This document shows, piece after piece, positions 38,945-48,202 of a stretch of DNA of 64,000 nucleotides (position 1 is its first letter; each line of letters begins with the position of its first letter). The stretch covers positions 11,966,001-12,030,000 of the forward strand of contig OZ059895.1 in NCBI GenBank assembly GCA_964057225.1. The letters run 5' to 3'. Under the pieces are notes generated by a model, which made no database searches, had not been told where the DNA came from, and saw only the letters and a program-made list of their open reading frames with translations. Both the position numbers and the translations under genes were made by a program. Source of the DNA: Auanema rhodensis. Its lineage: Eukaryota > Animalia > Nematoda.

Positions 38945-41900
38945 ATGGCTGACACAGCGAATCAAAACCCTCCGCCGGGAAATAATACCCAAAACACTAC
39001 AAATAGCTCAGAGAATACCCAGACAGTGGAAGCAGCACTGCATAGAAACCAAAGAAAAAGAGGACCACCGGATGCATTTCGACAAGATGCGAAACATCCG
39101 AAAACTAACGCTAAATCAAAGAAATTACCCCCCATTCCGGGCACACCGCTAACTGCTAAGAAACTTTATACAACTGCTATCAAAACTACTAGGCATGCGA
39201 TAAGTTTGAATAAAAATAAAGCAACATCTAGTAAATCCACGCCCAAACGCTCTTCTCACTCTCCAAAAACAGTCATTGACACCGGCACTAACACTTATCT
39301 TCCAAATCACACTTCTCCTCAACGTCCTATTCAAACCGAAAACGCGGAAATCCTCACTTCTCCTATTCCTAGAAATTCCCCCTCTTCCACTGATCAATCT
39401 TTGCATGGGCACTCTCTGTCTCCTGTCTCTTCTTCGTCAGACAATAACATAAATTTGACTTCGAATGTTACAGAGCAGAGAAGTCGCCCTCAAATGGCAA
39501 ATCAGATGGAGCAAGATAATCCTCCTATCGCGAGAGCCAACAATGTTTCTATTCGCCATCATAAACCTACGCTTTATGATGGATCCGTACCATTCAATCT
39601 CTACATGCAAAGACTAGAAGGATATTTTGACGCACTTCAAGTCCCTATTGCCGAGAGACTTTCCCATCTTTATCTACTTCTTGGAACGGACAGAGCCGCC
39701 GAAGCTCTGCGAACTATACCAGCAGAAGACTTACGCCAAGGATGGAACCACGTCAAACGTCTACTATCGGAGAAATTACAACCTCCAGAAAAGAGGGATG
39801 CTGCATTTACGAAACTCACCCATTTGAAACAAGGAGAAAACGAAACGGTACAAAATTTCGCGCAACGTTGCAGAAATCTCGCTTACGAATCATGCAACAT
39901 GGACTCAACAGCTGACGAAAGAATACTACGTGTTTCGTTCTTAGGAGGACTAAGAAAGACTTTAAGAACACACGTCAATAACCGCAGCCCTATAACCTTC
40001 GATGCAGCTGTAACTATCGCCGAAACAGTAGAAGCCGACGAAGATCCGTCGCTACATATCAACAACTTGATCAAAAACGTGGAACAATTAGAGATCAATA
40101 ACGGTCTCATAAACCACATGAGAACCTCACAACAGGACAAAACCCATGACGAATCACAAACACACCAACCAAGAACGTTTTATGGAAATCAATCAAGACC
40201 ACAACGCCCACAGGAACAATGGAATCAAAGAAGAGGAGGATACCGCCCACCAAGATACCAGGACGACCGACAAAATAACCGTCCCAACTTCAGACAAGAT
40301 AACAGAAACAATGGATACCAACGAGGATACAACAGTTATCGTAGTCCTCAACGGTACGATAGATACAACGATCGATACGATAACAGAAGAAACGACCGAT
40401 ATGATAACAGAGGAAACGATCGACATGAGCACAGAGGAAACGACCGATACAACCGCGGAAACTATCACGATCGCGGATTCCAACAAAGAAATCGCAGCAC
40501 TTCGCATGGACAACATAACAGGTACAGAGATCGTACCAGAAGCCCTAGCGTTGGTTTTCACGTTAACAAAGTGGAGAAAGAAACAGGAAAAACAAGGAAG
40601 ACACTTCCGTTCATACCGCTATTCTTATCCGTCATCGCTTTATCTTTGATACCCTGTCAGGCAGACAACACCTATCAACTCTGCATCGGCAAACGAGGAG
40701 GTATTTTCCTCGAACCACCTCGACCAACAACCTGCTCAGACTATGCACACAAAGACGGAGTCAAGATAAAAACAGTGGAACTATTTGCAGAAAATATGAA
40801 TTACAAAGAATGGGAAGCATGGAAATGCTCCAAGGAAATCTATAAAGCTTGCGCCTACGACTTATTCTTCATCAGGGAAAACAACCTCACATTACTCCGA
40901 ATAGAACCAGCCACTCCACAAGAATGCAAAACAGCCATTCAAGAGAGACGACACACGGATAACAACCTCAATCGGGAAGCTCCAGGACTATTCAAAACTC
41001 CTATGCCTACCAATACTCAATCAAAATCGTTCTGGTCATCCTCTTGCACAACAAAATCAAGATTCACATTAGAAAGAGGAATGATGACTAGCCTACACGA
41101 TGACACTATAATCTCCGACTTGTTTATCAACACTGAGGGATGCACTAAACAACAAGGTGTATGCAACACCACAAACGCAGTTATCACATGGATCCCACCC
41201 AATAACCATCGAAATTGTGATTACACAACTTTAGGAAAATTCGAAGCACTAATCAATAATGATACTGTTATAATCTCGGAAATACAAGGAGCATTCATCC
41301 TCAACGACGACACGCCAGACCCTATTGCTACAAGATGTATGAATAAGAACATCTATTCAACTGACAGCGGTACGTACATTTCCATCAACGAGTTAAAACC
41401 CCGACGTCAAAAGAGAAAAGCACCACAGGAGTACCCTACGAGATTCTTCAACATCACTATCTATCAATCACTTCGCCTCACAGACAGTTCTACAGGATTA
41501 CTACCAATGTACCAAACATATCGAAATCGTAAAAGACTGGATAGTACCTATAACCTTATAGACTACCTCAAAACATCTAGCGTACACATAGGGCTCATCA
41601 AATTCCTACAACTGGAAGCATCAAAACTAAAATATCGACTCTTATGGCACAACTACACCGATATCAACATGGTTATCCTACACACACTCGCAGAAGCCGA
41701 GATTCGACTTTCCACTGAAATCGCCATTGAACATCTATTACCATCAGAAATTACGGCAAAACTCAGCAAGCAAATCACTATCAGCGACTTTGCCACACGA
41801 TTACTAAACCACAAAGGCGACTATCTCGAACGAGCAAGACAAATAGCACTCGAAATAGCACAGACACCTACAACTCTGGCTACAGGTGAAACTATTCCAT

Positions 41901-44900
41901 CGTTGGAGGAATACTTATACCAACTTTACCCACCCAGAATGACAAAACTGCCTAGATCACGTACAGACACACAGGTCTACACCCAGATAGACGAAATACA
42001 AAAATTTCTCGAATACCTAGCTCAAAACAATCGTCTAAGCCGGATATCAAAAGAGGAAAGAGAAGCAGAAAACAAGAAATGGGCTGATCTCACAAGACAG
42101 TCAAACTCTTCAGCGATTACCTTTCCCAACTATACTCTCATCTTCAACGGACACGCACAAAACTACGGATTCCCGAAAACACTACCTACAGCCAGACCCA
42201 TCACGGAAGAAGACAGCTTATTATTTCAACAAACATATCTTCAGCTCATTGAGTCACCGGGTGCTAGTCCTACGACAACCACTACCACAACTACTACAAC
42301 TACAACAACCACTAGAACCCCTGCAACCACAGTTGACCCGACAACTACTACTTATCGGACACCTTTACCTCAATTCACAACCACACCAAGGAGATATCAT
42401 TATTACCAGAGTACAACAACTCCAGTAACTCCACCACCACGTCTTCTCACTACCACACCTCGCAGAGAACCTCCTAGGACAATTCCCACAACTCGGATTA
42501 CCACAAAACGAGCAACAACAACTCAACCGGTAGAGGAAATTAAATCTCACACAGGATCACAAGCACACCTCAATTTCCTACGAACACGAGCAGATATTAT
42601 TCAAAAATACGATGATCAACTACGACAACAAGATACAAGGTCTCACCTCCAATACTCTACGTCAAAACTCGAGGAGGAAATCTTACAAGCTTTCCAAATA
42701 ACAAAGAAAAGCGTTTGCAGAATGCAAAATAAACAGCTACTTACCTGGTGGGCAATCCTGCAAATTAATCCGACCATAGGAATTCGCACTATGCTTCGTC
42801 GACAGGACATTTCAGCCAAATTCGTCGGAGAACATCTCATCTACGTCATGCCATGCACCCCTGTACAAATAACACATGTATATTCGGATCACAAACGAGA
42901 CGATAAATGTTACCTGGAGACGCCTGTAGACACGGAACATCACGGCAAACTATTCATTACACCAGGATCAAGAGATTTGACACCATATGCTCACATCATA
43001 GCATGCGATATGGCTACATCAGATCCCTACAAAATAAACAATCAATGGATGAAAGATAATTCAACATTGAATGTAACTCACTTCTCATTTTCGGATGAAC
43101 TCACATCTGTAAAAATTGATCACATTAAGTTCAACAATTCCAACATATTTTCAAACCTCACGGAGTCAACATTTCCAATGGCACTGGCTATCTCCTACGG
43201 ATCGAGCTTAGCATCCTTACAAGCCACTCTGCCAGGAAAGCTGAAACCAGTCTTCAAACAGTCTGGATTCTCTAATCTAAATCCAATAGGCATTATAGGA
43301 GGAACAGTTGGAACGACATTAATGTTAGCAGATAACATATCAAACAACGCAGAAAAACAAATCACAAATTTCTTCGAATATGTAGGAGAATCAATTACAG
43401 CATGGATACTAAGGACACTAGCCATTATTGGAGGAATTCTCGTCGCAATAGGACTTATAACTGCTACCATCTGGGCATTAAAAATATATGCATGTACCAC
43501 AAGGATACCAATCAATCAAATAACATTCAAAGAAGAAGAAGAAGAACCAAGGCGAGAAAATAAAGAAATCGAACTTCAGCAATTACAACCACTGAATAAA
43601 TCTCAACAAAACAAATTCTATTCAAGAATCTCCCGATACGATCCCGACGCTCCACTATCAGACAACGACTTTCTAGCCTATCTACCACGATACGCCATGA
43701 AAGAATCAAGGATTAACTACATCGGAGGATCACGACTACCTTTCGTACCTCTCTCCATCCACAATCAGATCTTTACTGCTTTATGGGACACAGGAGCTTC
43801 TATATCATATATGAAGGAAAGCACATTTCAACAACTACCGGCAGCAACGATGGTTGGTGAAAAGACAACAGCTATCGTAGCAAACAAATCACGGTTTTCC
43901 TTCCTGGGCTACACAAGACTTCCAATTGTTATTGGAAAAACAGAGATTGAGCACAAAATACTGATTTCTGCCAACAACCACTGCCCAGCACCTATCTTAT
44001 TAGGAATAGACTTTATAGAAGCCCTCAGCAAAATAGGAATAAATACATCATTGCGACCACTTCAGAATTCATTGCTAGTCGGAGATACAATAGTACCTCT
44101 AGCACAAGACTACTCACCGTGGACCGAGAACCACACGATAGCTCATGTAGTAAGCCTGGAAACTAAACAGTTTTACCCAGGAGAAACCAGATCGCTCACG
44201 TTGGAAGTAGACGATCCAGCATCATACGCACAAGCTTTTATAAGAAGTTCACAACGAATAGGAAAAATGACTTTCGCCCCTACAACTTTCACGCCAACAG
44301 GATACGGGGTTCAGATATTCGCTACAAATATCTCACCCGAAACAATCAAAATTAAAACAAATCAAGGAATCGGAACTGCTTACGCTATCCCAAAAGATAT
44401 CAAAGAACAAAAAGGACAATACGTCCCACCGGAAGCAAGATGGGAAGAACAACTACCATACTTCCCAGACGACTTCATAAAGGATCTCGACGTAACAAAC
44501 ACCATCTTCACCCAATTGGAAAGACAAGAATTAAAGAAAATAGTACTTAGAAATAAGGAGGCTTTCTTGAACGAGGATCGCAATATCGGACTTTTTAAAG
44601 GACCAGTGGAACATAATATACCTATCATACCAGGAAAATTTCCATCATTTCAAATCACATACAGGATCCCTCTAACTCAACAAGAAGAAGTCGAAAAACA
44701 GGTGGAGGAAATGCTCGAACAAGGTATAATAGAACCATCAATTTCTATTACCACAAGTCCCGTTATACTCGTCAAAAAGAAGGACAAAACATACCGTTTT
44801 GTTACGGATTTTCGAGCATTAAATGCCATAACACTAAAGCAGATATACGTCATTTCAAACATACAAGATATTCTCGATCTAGCAGCAGGAGCATGCATCT

Positions 44901-47800
44901 TCACTAACTTTGATTTGGTATCAGGATTCTTCCAAATACCTCTGCGTAAAGAAGATCGACATTTAACAGCATTTACTACAACTAGTGGTACATACCAATA
45001 CTGTCGAATGCCCATGGGACTCTGTGGAGCCCCACATACATTCCAAAACGCAGTACGGTACCTACAACAACATGTACGCTGCAAACTCTTCGTATATCTA
45101 GACGATCTTCTGCTTATATCAGAATCAACCACACAACATCTTCAAGATATCGAAGAAGTTTTGAGAGTAGCAATAGAGCTAGGATTCAAAATTAAGCTGA
45201 AGAAATGCACCTTTGGACAAAGAGAAGTCAAGTTTCTCGGATTTATAGTCGGATATGAGGGAATAAAACCGGACCCTCAGAAAATTAAAGCCATCAGAGA
45301 CTACCCCAGACCAAAGTCAACAACAGGAGTCAGAGCTTTCATGGGCGTCGTTAACTACTTTCGAAGATTCATCAAAAATGCCGCGGGAATTGCCTCACCT
45401 CTCTACGACCTCACAAAAAAGGATAAAGCTTTCACATGGGGAGACAAAGAAGAAAAATCTTTCCAACACCTGAAGAAAGTCCTTTGTCAAGCACCGGTTC
45501 TTCAGGCACCTAGAGCAAAACGACCATACGTAGTTGAAAGCGACGGAAGCATAATTGCAGTAGGAGCAGTTCTATTGCAATCTGCGGATGATCAAGAACC
45601 ATTGCACCCAATAGCTTTCGCTAGCCGTAAACTAAACAAAGCAGAAAGGAACTACCCCCCGATTGAGATCGAAGCCTTAGCCCTAACTTTCGCAGTTCAT
45701 CAGTTTCGCACCTACATCTTAGGAGCACCGATCAAAATCATAACCGATCATAGACCCTTAACTAGCCTTATGACAAGAAAAGACCTCATAGGAAGACTAG
45801 CCAAATTTCAAATAGTACTCCAAGAGTATGATATTGAAATTATCTATCGCCCAGGACGTCTTAATAGCGTTTGTGACGCATTATCAAGATACTTCGAAGA
45901 CGAAATCAACGAAGCGAAGGAAAGAAAGAAGAAAACGAAAGAATCTCCCACGCATCAAATCTCTACTATTACAACTATCACGGACCTTCGGACAATTCAA
46001 GAGGAAACAGAATGGATCATGGAAACAAAAGAAAAGATTCAGAACAAAACAGCAGGAAGGCAACTAACAGATCGATATATAGTTCAAAATAATATTCTCT
46101 ATGCAAAGCCAAAAACAGCATTCCAAACACCTCGAGCCGTTCTACCCAATGATCCAACAATTACTACAGCAATAATTGATAAGTTTCATAAGGACCCATT
46201 ACTAGGAGCTCATCTAGGAATCAACAAAACACATGACTCAATTCTACGCCGTTATACATGGACAGGAATGCAAGAAGATATCACCAACTACGTCAACAGA
46301 TGTCTTCAGTGCGCAAAAAGGAAAAATAACCCGCATGAAGCAACGGTGGAACCCATGAGAAACTTTCCCACCGTTTCACAACCTTGGGAAAGAGTTCACA
46401 TGGACATTCTCGGACCACTACCACGAACACAAAACGGGAACAGATATATCTTATCAATACAGGACGCGTTCTCCAAATGGATAATAGCAACACCATTATT
46501 AAGACAAACATCAGAAGAAATCATAACAGCAATTAAGAAAAACCTGTTCTTTGTTTTCGGACCACCAAAAAGGATCATAACGGACAACGGATCCAATTTT
46601 GTTTCTCACGAATTCAAAACAATGTGCGAACAACTAGGTTCCGAGCATCATACAACTATGCCATATTACAAGAATGCAAATGGACAAGTGGAACGACTAC
46701 ACAGAACACTAGAAGAAGCACTAACGTCGTACGTAAATACGGAACAGGACAATTGGGATGATATACTACCTAAGATAGTATTCACACTCAACAGGCTACC
46801 TAATGCCACAACTCGCACACCGCCCTACGATTGTATCTTTGGTCAGGCAGCGCGACTACCAATCGACCACAACCTGGACACTCCCGCACCCACTCTCAAA
46901 CCCACAGGAGATTTACATGAGAAAATATACGAAAGGATAACAAGGAACAATGAGAAGATGAAGAAGAAATACGACGAGGCACACAAGATACAAGAACGAG
47001 AACTCTACGTGGATAACAGAGCTCTCGTCAAACGGGCAAAGCCCACCAACAAACTGCAAGCAGTCAGTGATGGACCGTACCTCATAAAAGAAATAAATAA
47101 AAATAATGTCATATTAGCAGATGACGACGGGAATAGAATACGGGCTCATAAGAATAATATAAGATATTTTCCACCCGATGACAATAACATCGAGGAAAGC
47201 GAGCACGGCAGAAATGACGCGGGATCCGCTATTTATAGCAACAGGTCCCGGCACGATCAGGTCAATACGCGCGCTCAGAACAACGGTCAAGCCACGCCCC
47301 CAATTTCTGATTCGGACAGCGATAACGAGGACGAGTTCTACGAACAAAGCCGACCTATAATAACAACTAAAGAAACAATAACACCGCAGGAAGATACGTT
47401 GGAAAGACAACAAGAAAGTTATCAATCGGAATCTGGACTAGATACAGCAGACAAGACATCTACGAACAAAGAAGAAAACAACCAATTCCAACAATTGGTC
47501 GACAAAATTGGAGAAGAAACAAGACAAGAGCTCTACGAAGAAAGACAAAAAGAGTTACCTACAATCAAAAGATGGAGCTCAGCTCTCAAATTGGCACTCG
47601 GTTTAGAAGACAAAAATCCGATTACTCCTCCAAAACCGTTTCACGTACCAATAAGGTACAACAGCGTGATACCCCCTTTAAAACCTAAAAGTAGGCTTAC
47701 ACGCTCTCAGATACCTGATGCCCATATCAATTTACCAAACACATCGGTTGAACGAAAGAAACGACCTTCAACAGTGATAGGAGGACCAACAACTATCTAA
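38945..47800 (+). CDS. Gag-Env-Pol polyprotein (2951 aa)
   Basis: Uninterrupted ORF with capsid motifs, signal peptide plus Cys-rich glycoprotein plus TM, DTGAS protease, YLDD RT, RNase H and HHCC/DDE/GPY integrase. Confidence 0.96.
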   Translation: MADTANQNPPPGNNTQNTTNSSENTQTVEAALHRNQRKRGPPDAFRQDAKHPKTNAKSKKLPPIPGTPLTAKKLYTTAIKTTRHAISLNKNKATSSKSTPKRSSHSPKTVIDTGTNTYLPNHTSPQRPIQTENAEILTSPIPRNSPSSTDQSLHGHSLSPVSSSSDNNINLTSNVTEQRSRPQMANQMEQDNPPIARANNVSIRHHKPTLYDGSVPFNLYMQRLEGYFDALQVPIAERLSHLYLLLGTDRAAEALRTIPAEDLRQGWNHVKRLLSEKLQPPEKRDAAFTKLTHLKQGENETVQNFAQRCRNLAYESCNMDSTADERILRVSFLGGLRKTLRTHVNNRSPITFDAAVTIAETVEADEDPSLHINNLIKNVEQLEINNGLINHMRTSQQDKTHDESQTHQPRTFYGNQSRPQRPQEQWNQRRGGYRPPRYQDDRQNNRPNFRQDNRNNGYQRGYNSYRSPQRYDRYNDRYDNRRNDRYDNRGNDRHEHRGNDRYNRGNYHDRGFQQRNRSTSHGQHNRYRDRTRSPSVGFHVNKVEKETGKTRKTLPFIPLFLSVIALSLIPCQADNTYQLCIGKRGGIFLEPPRPTTCSDYAHKDGVKIKTVELFAENMNYKEWEAWKCSKEIYKACAYDLFFIRENNLTLLRIEPATPQECKTAIQERRHTDNNLNREAPGLFKTPMPTNTQSKSFWSSSCTTKSRFTLERGMMTSLHDDTIISDLFINTEGCTKQQGVCNTTNAVITWIPPNNHRNCDYTTLGKFEALINNDTVIISEIQGAFILNDDTPDPIATRCMNKNIYSTDSGTYISINELKPRRQKRKAPQEYPTRFFNITIYQSLRLTDSSTGLLPMYQTYRNRKRLDSTYNLIDYLKTSSVHIGLIKFLQLEASKLKYRLLWHNYTDINMVILHTLAEAEIRLSTEIAIEHLLPSEITAKLSKQITISDFATRLLNHKGDYLERARQIALEIAQTPTTLATGETIPSLEEYLYQLYPPRMTKLPRSRTDTQVYTQIDEIQKFLEYLAQNNRLSRISKEEREAENKKWADLTRQSNSSAITFPNYTLIFNGHAQNYGFPKTLPTARPITEEDSLLFQQTYLQLIESPGASPTTTTTTTTTTTTTTRTPATTVDPTTTTYRTPLPQFTTTPRRYHYYQSTTTPVTPPPRLLTTTPRREPPRTIPTTRITTKRATTTQPVEEIKSHTGSQAHLNFLRTRADIIQKYDDQLRQQDTRSHLQYSTSKLEEEILQAFQITKKSVCRMQNKQLLTWWAILQINPTIGIRTMLRRQDISAKFVGEHLIYVMPCTPVQITHVYSDHKRDDKCYLETPVDTEHHGKLFITPGSRDLTPYAHIIACDMATSDPYKINNQWMKDNSTLNVTHFSFSDELTSVKIDHIKFNNSNIFSNLTESTFPMALAISYGSSLASLQATLPGKLKPVFKQSGFSNLNPIGIIGGTVGTTLMLADNISNNAEKQITNFFEYVGESITAWILRTLAIIGGILVAIGLITATIWALKIYACTTRIPINQITFKEEEEEPRRENKEIELQQLQPLNKSQQNKFYSRISRYDPDAPLSDNDFLAYLPRYAMKESRINYIGGSRLPFVPLSIHNQIFTALWDTGASISYMKESTFQQLPAATMVGEKTTAIVANKSRFSFLGYTRLPIVIGKTEIEHKILISANNHCPAPILLGIDFIEALSKIGINTSLRPLQNSLLVGDTIVPLAQDYSPWTENHTIAHVVSLETKQFYPGETRSLTLEVDDPASYAQAFIRSSQRIGKMTFAPTTFTPTGYGVQIFATNISPETIKIKTNQGIGTAYAIPKDIKEQKGQYVPPEARWEEQLPYFPDDFIKDLDVTNTIFTQLERQELKKIVLRNKEAFLNEDRNIGLFKGPVEHNIPIIPGKFPSFQITYRIPLTQQEEVEKQVEEMLEQGIIEPSISITTSPVILVKKKDKTYRFVTDFRALNAITLKQIYVISNIQDILDLAAGACIFTNFDLVSGFFQIPLRKEDRHLTAFTTTSGTYQYCRMPMGLCGAPHTFQNAVRYLQQHVRCKLFVYLDDLLLISESTTQHLQDIEEVLRVAIELGFKIKLKKCTFGQREVKFLGFIVGYEGIKPDPQKIKAIRDYPRPKSTTGVRAFMGVVNYFRRFIKNAAGIASPLYDLTKKDKAFTWGDKEEKSFQHLKKVLCQAPVLQAPRAKRPYVVESDGSIIAVGAVLLQSADDQEPLHPIAFASRKLNKAERNYPPIEIEALALTFAVHQFRTYILGAPIKIITDHRPLTSLMTRKDLIGRLAKFQIVLQEYDIEIIYRPGRLNSVCDALSRYFEDEINEAKERKKKTKESPTHQISTITTITDLRTIQEETEWIMETKEKIQNKTAGRQLTDRYIVQNNILYAKPKTAFQTPRAVLPNDPTITTAIIDKFHKDPLLGAHLGINKTHDSILRRYTWTGMQEDITNYVNRCLQCAKRKNNPHEATVEPMRNFPTVSQPWERVHMDILGPLPRTQNGNRYILSIQDAFSKWIIATPLLRQTSEEIITAIKKNLFFVFGPPKRIITDNGSNFVSHEFKTMCEQLGSEHHTTMPYYKNANGQVERLHRTLEEALTSYVNTEQDNWDDILPKIVFTLNRLPNATTRTPPYDCIFGQAARLPIDHNLDTPAPTLKPTGDLHEKIYERITRNNEKMKKKYDEAHKIQERELYVDNRALVKRAKPTNKLQAVSDGPYLIKEINKNNVILADDDGNRIRAHKNNIRYFPPDDNNIEESEHGRNDAGSAIYSNRSRHDQVNTRAQNNGQATPPISDSDSDNEDEFYEQSRPIITTKETITPQEDTLERQQESYQSESGLDTADKTSTNKEENNQFQQLVDKIGEETRQELYEERQKELPTIKRWSSALKLALGLEDKNPITPPKPFHVPIRYNSVIPPLKPKSRLTRSQIPDAHINLPNTSVERKKRPSTVIGGPTTI
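39566..40040 (+). other. gag: Gag capsid-like domain (aa ~208-365)
   Basis: PTLYDGS..F..Y..RLE.YF start, LKQGENETVQNFAQRCRNL major-homology-like motif, FLGGL...R...TFDAAV.IAE end, typical of Ty3/gypsy Gag. Confidence 0.85.
40367..40459 (+). repeat. Coding 24-bp tandem repeat (NDRYDNRR/NDRYDNRG/NDRHEHRG/NDRY-NRG)
   Basis: Four imperfect units starting at 40367, 40391, 40415 and 40439. Confidence 0.85.
40601..43480 (+). other. env: Envelope glycoprotein module, class III (herpes gB/chuvirus G-like), aa ~553-1512 of the polyprotein
   Basis: Internal signal LPFIPLFLSVIALSLIPCQA; many Cys and N-x-S/T sequons; furin site RQKR 41405-41416; gB-like LQY...CRMQNKQL..W....NP.....SAKFVG....CTPV...CY..P; TM TLAIIGGILVAIGLITATIWAL 43415-43480. 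Confidence 0.85.
43712..44030 (+). other. Aspartic protease domain
   Basis: ALWDTGASISYM (catalytic Asp codon at 43787) and C-terminal ILLGIDF. Confidence 0.92.
44600..45255 (+). other. Reverse transcriptase domain (Ty3/gypsy type)
   Basis: SPVILVKKKDKTYRFVTDFRALN, DLVSGFFQI, MPMGLCGAPHTFQ, YLDD at 45095-45106, KC.F....VKFLG. Confidence 0.95.
45524..45893 (+). other. RNase H domain
   Basis: VESDGSIIAVGAVLLQ, AFASRKLNKAERNY...E.EALA, TDHRPL, N.VCDALSR. Confidence 0.93.
46187..47170 (+). other. Integrase domain (HHCC, DDE, GPY)
   Basis: H..PLLGAHLG...C..C; VHMDILGPLP; IITDNGSNF; NGQVERLHRTL; DGPYLI. Confidence 0.94.
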
Positions 47801-47973
47801 AACAAGTTTGAAAATTCATTTTTTTATCATAATTACTTTATTTATACTTTTGCATCATTTTCCCATTTTTCTCATCAAACAAACAACAATAATCAGTCAT
47901 TCAAGTTTTCGAATTTTGATTTTTTTTTTGTCATCAATCACACTATCTCTCTAAAAATTCTACCTTATCTGTT

Positions 47974-47974
<1 letters not shown>

Positions 47975-48010
<36 letters not shown>

Positions 48011-48033
48011 GATTCATCACCTACAGTAACCTG

Positions 48034-48066
<33 letters not shown>

Positions 48067-48089
48067 GATTCATCACCTACAGTAACCTG

Positions 48090-48119
<30 letters not shown>
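47975..48119 (+). repeat. Poly(A)-interspersed tandem duplication (two copies of CGATTCATCACCTACAGTAACCTG between A30-35 tracts)
   Basis: Identical 24-mers at 48010-48033 and 48066-48089. Confidence 0.9.
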
Positions 48120-48123
<4 letters not shown>

Positions 48124-48202
48124 CTTTGCATGGAGCTATATAAGCTCAAAAACACCTCAAGCAAAAAAAAAAAAAAAAAAAAATTCCTCCGAATTCGACA
48201 AG

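Noticed and set aside
38910-47425. Alternative-frame and antisense ORFs inside the polyprotein (e.g. 40146-40649, 40193-40561, 44677-45132)
   Set aside because: Shadows of a strongly A/C-biased coding strand and of the 24-bp repeat; no recognisable domains
38945-47800. Classification as BEL/Pao (the usual env-bearing nematode group) or as a chromovirus
   Set aside because: RT, RNase H and integrase motifs are Ty3/gypsy-type; no triple Cys-His Gag knuckles and no chromodomain seen
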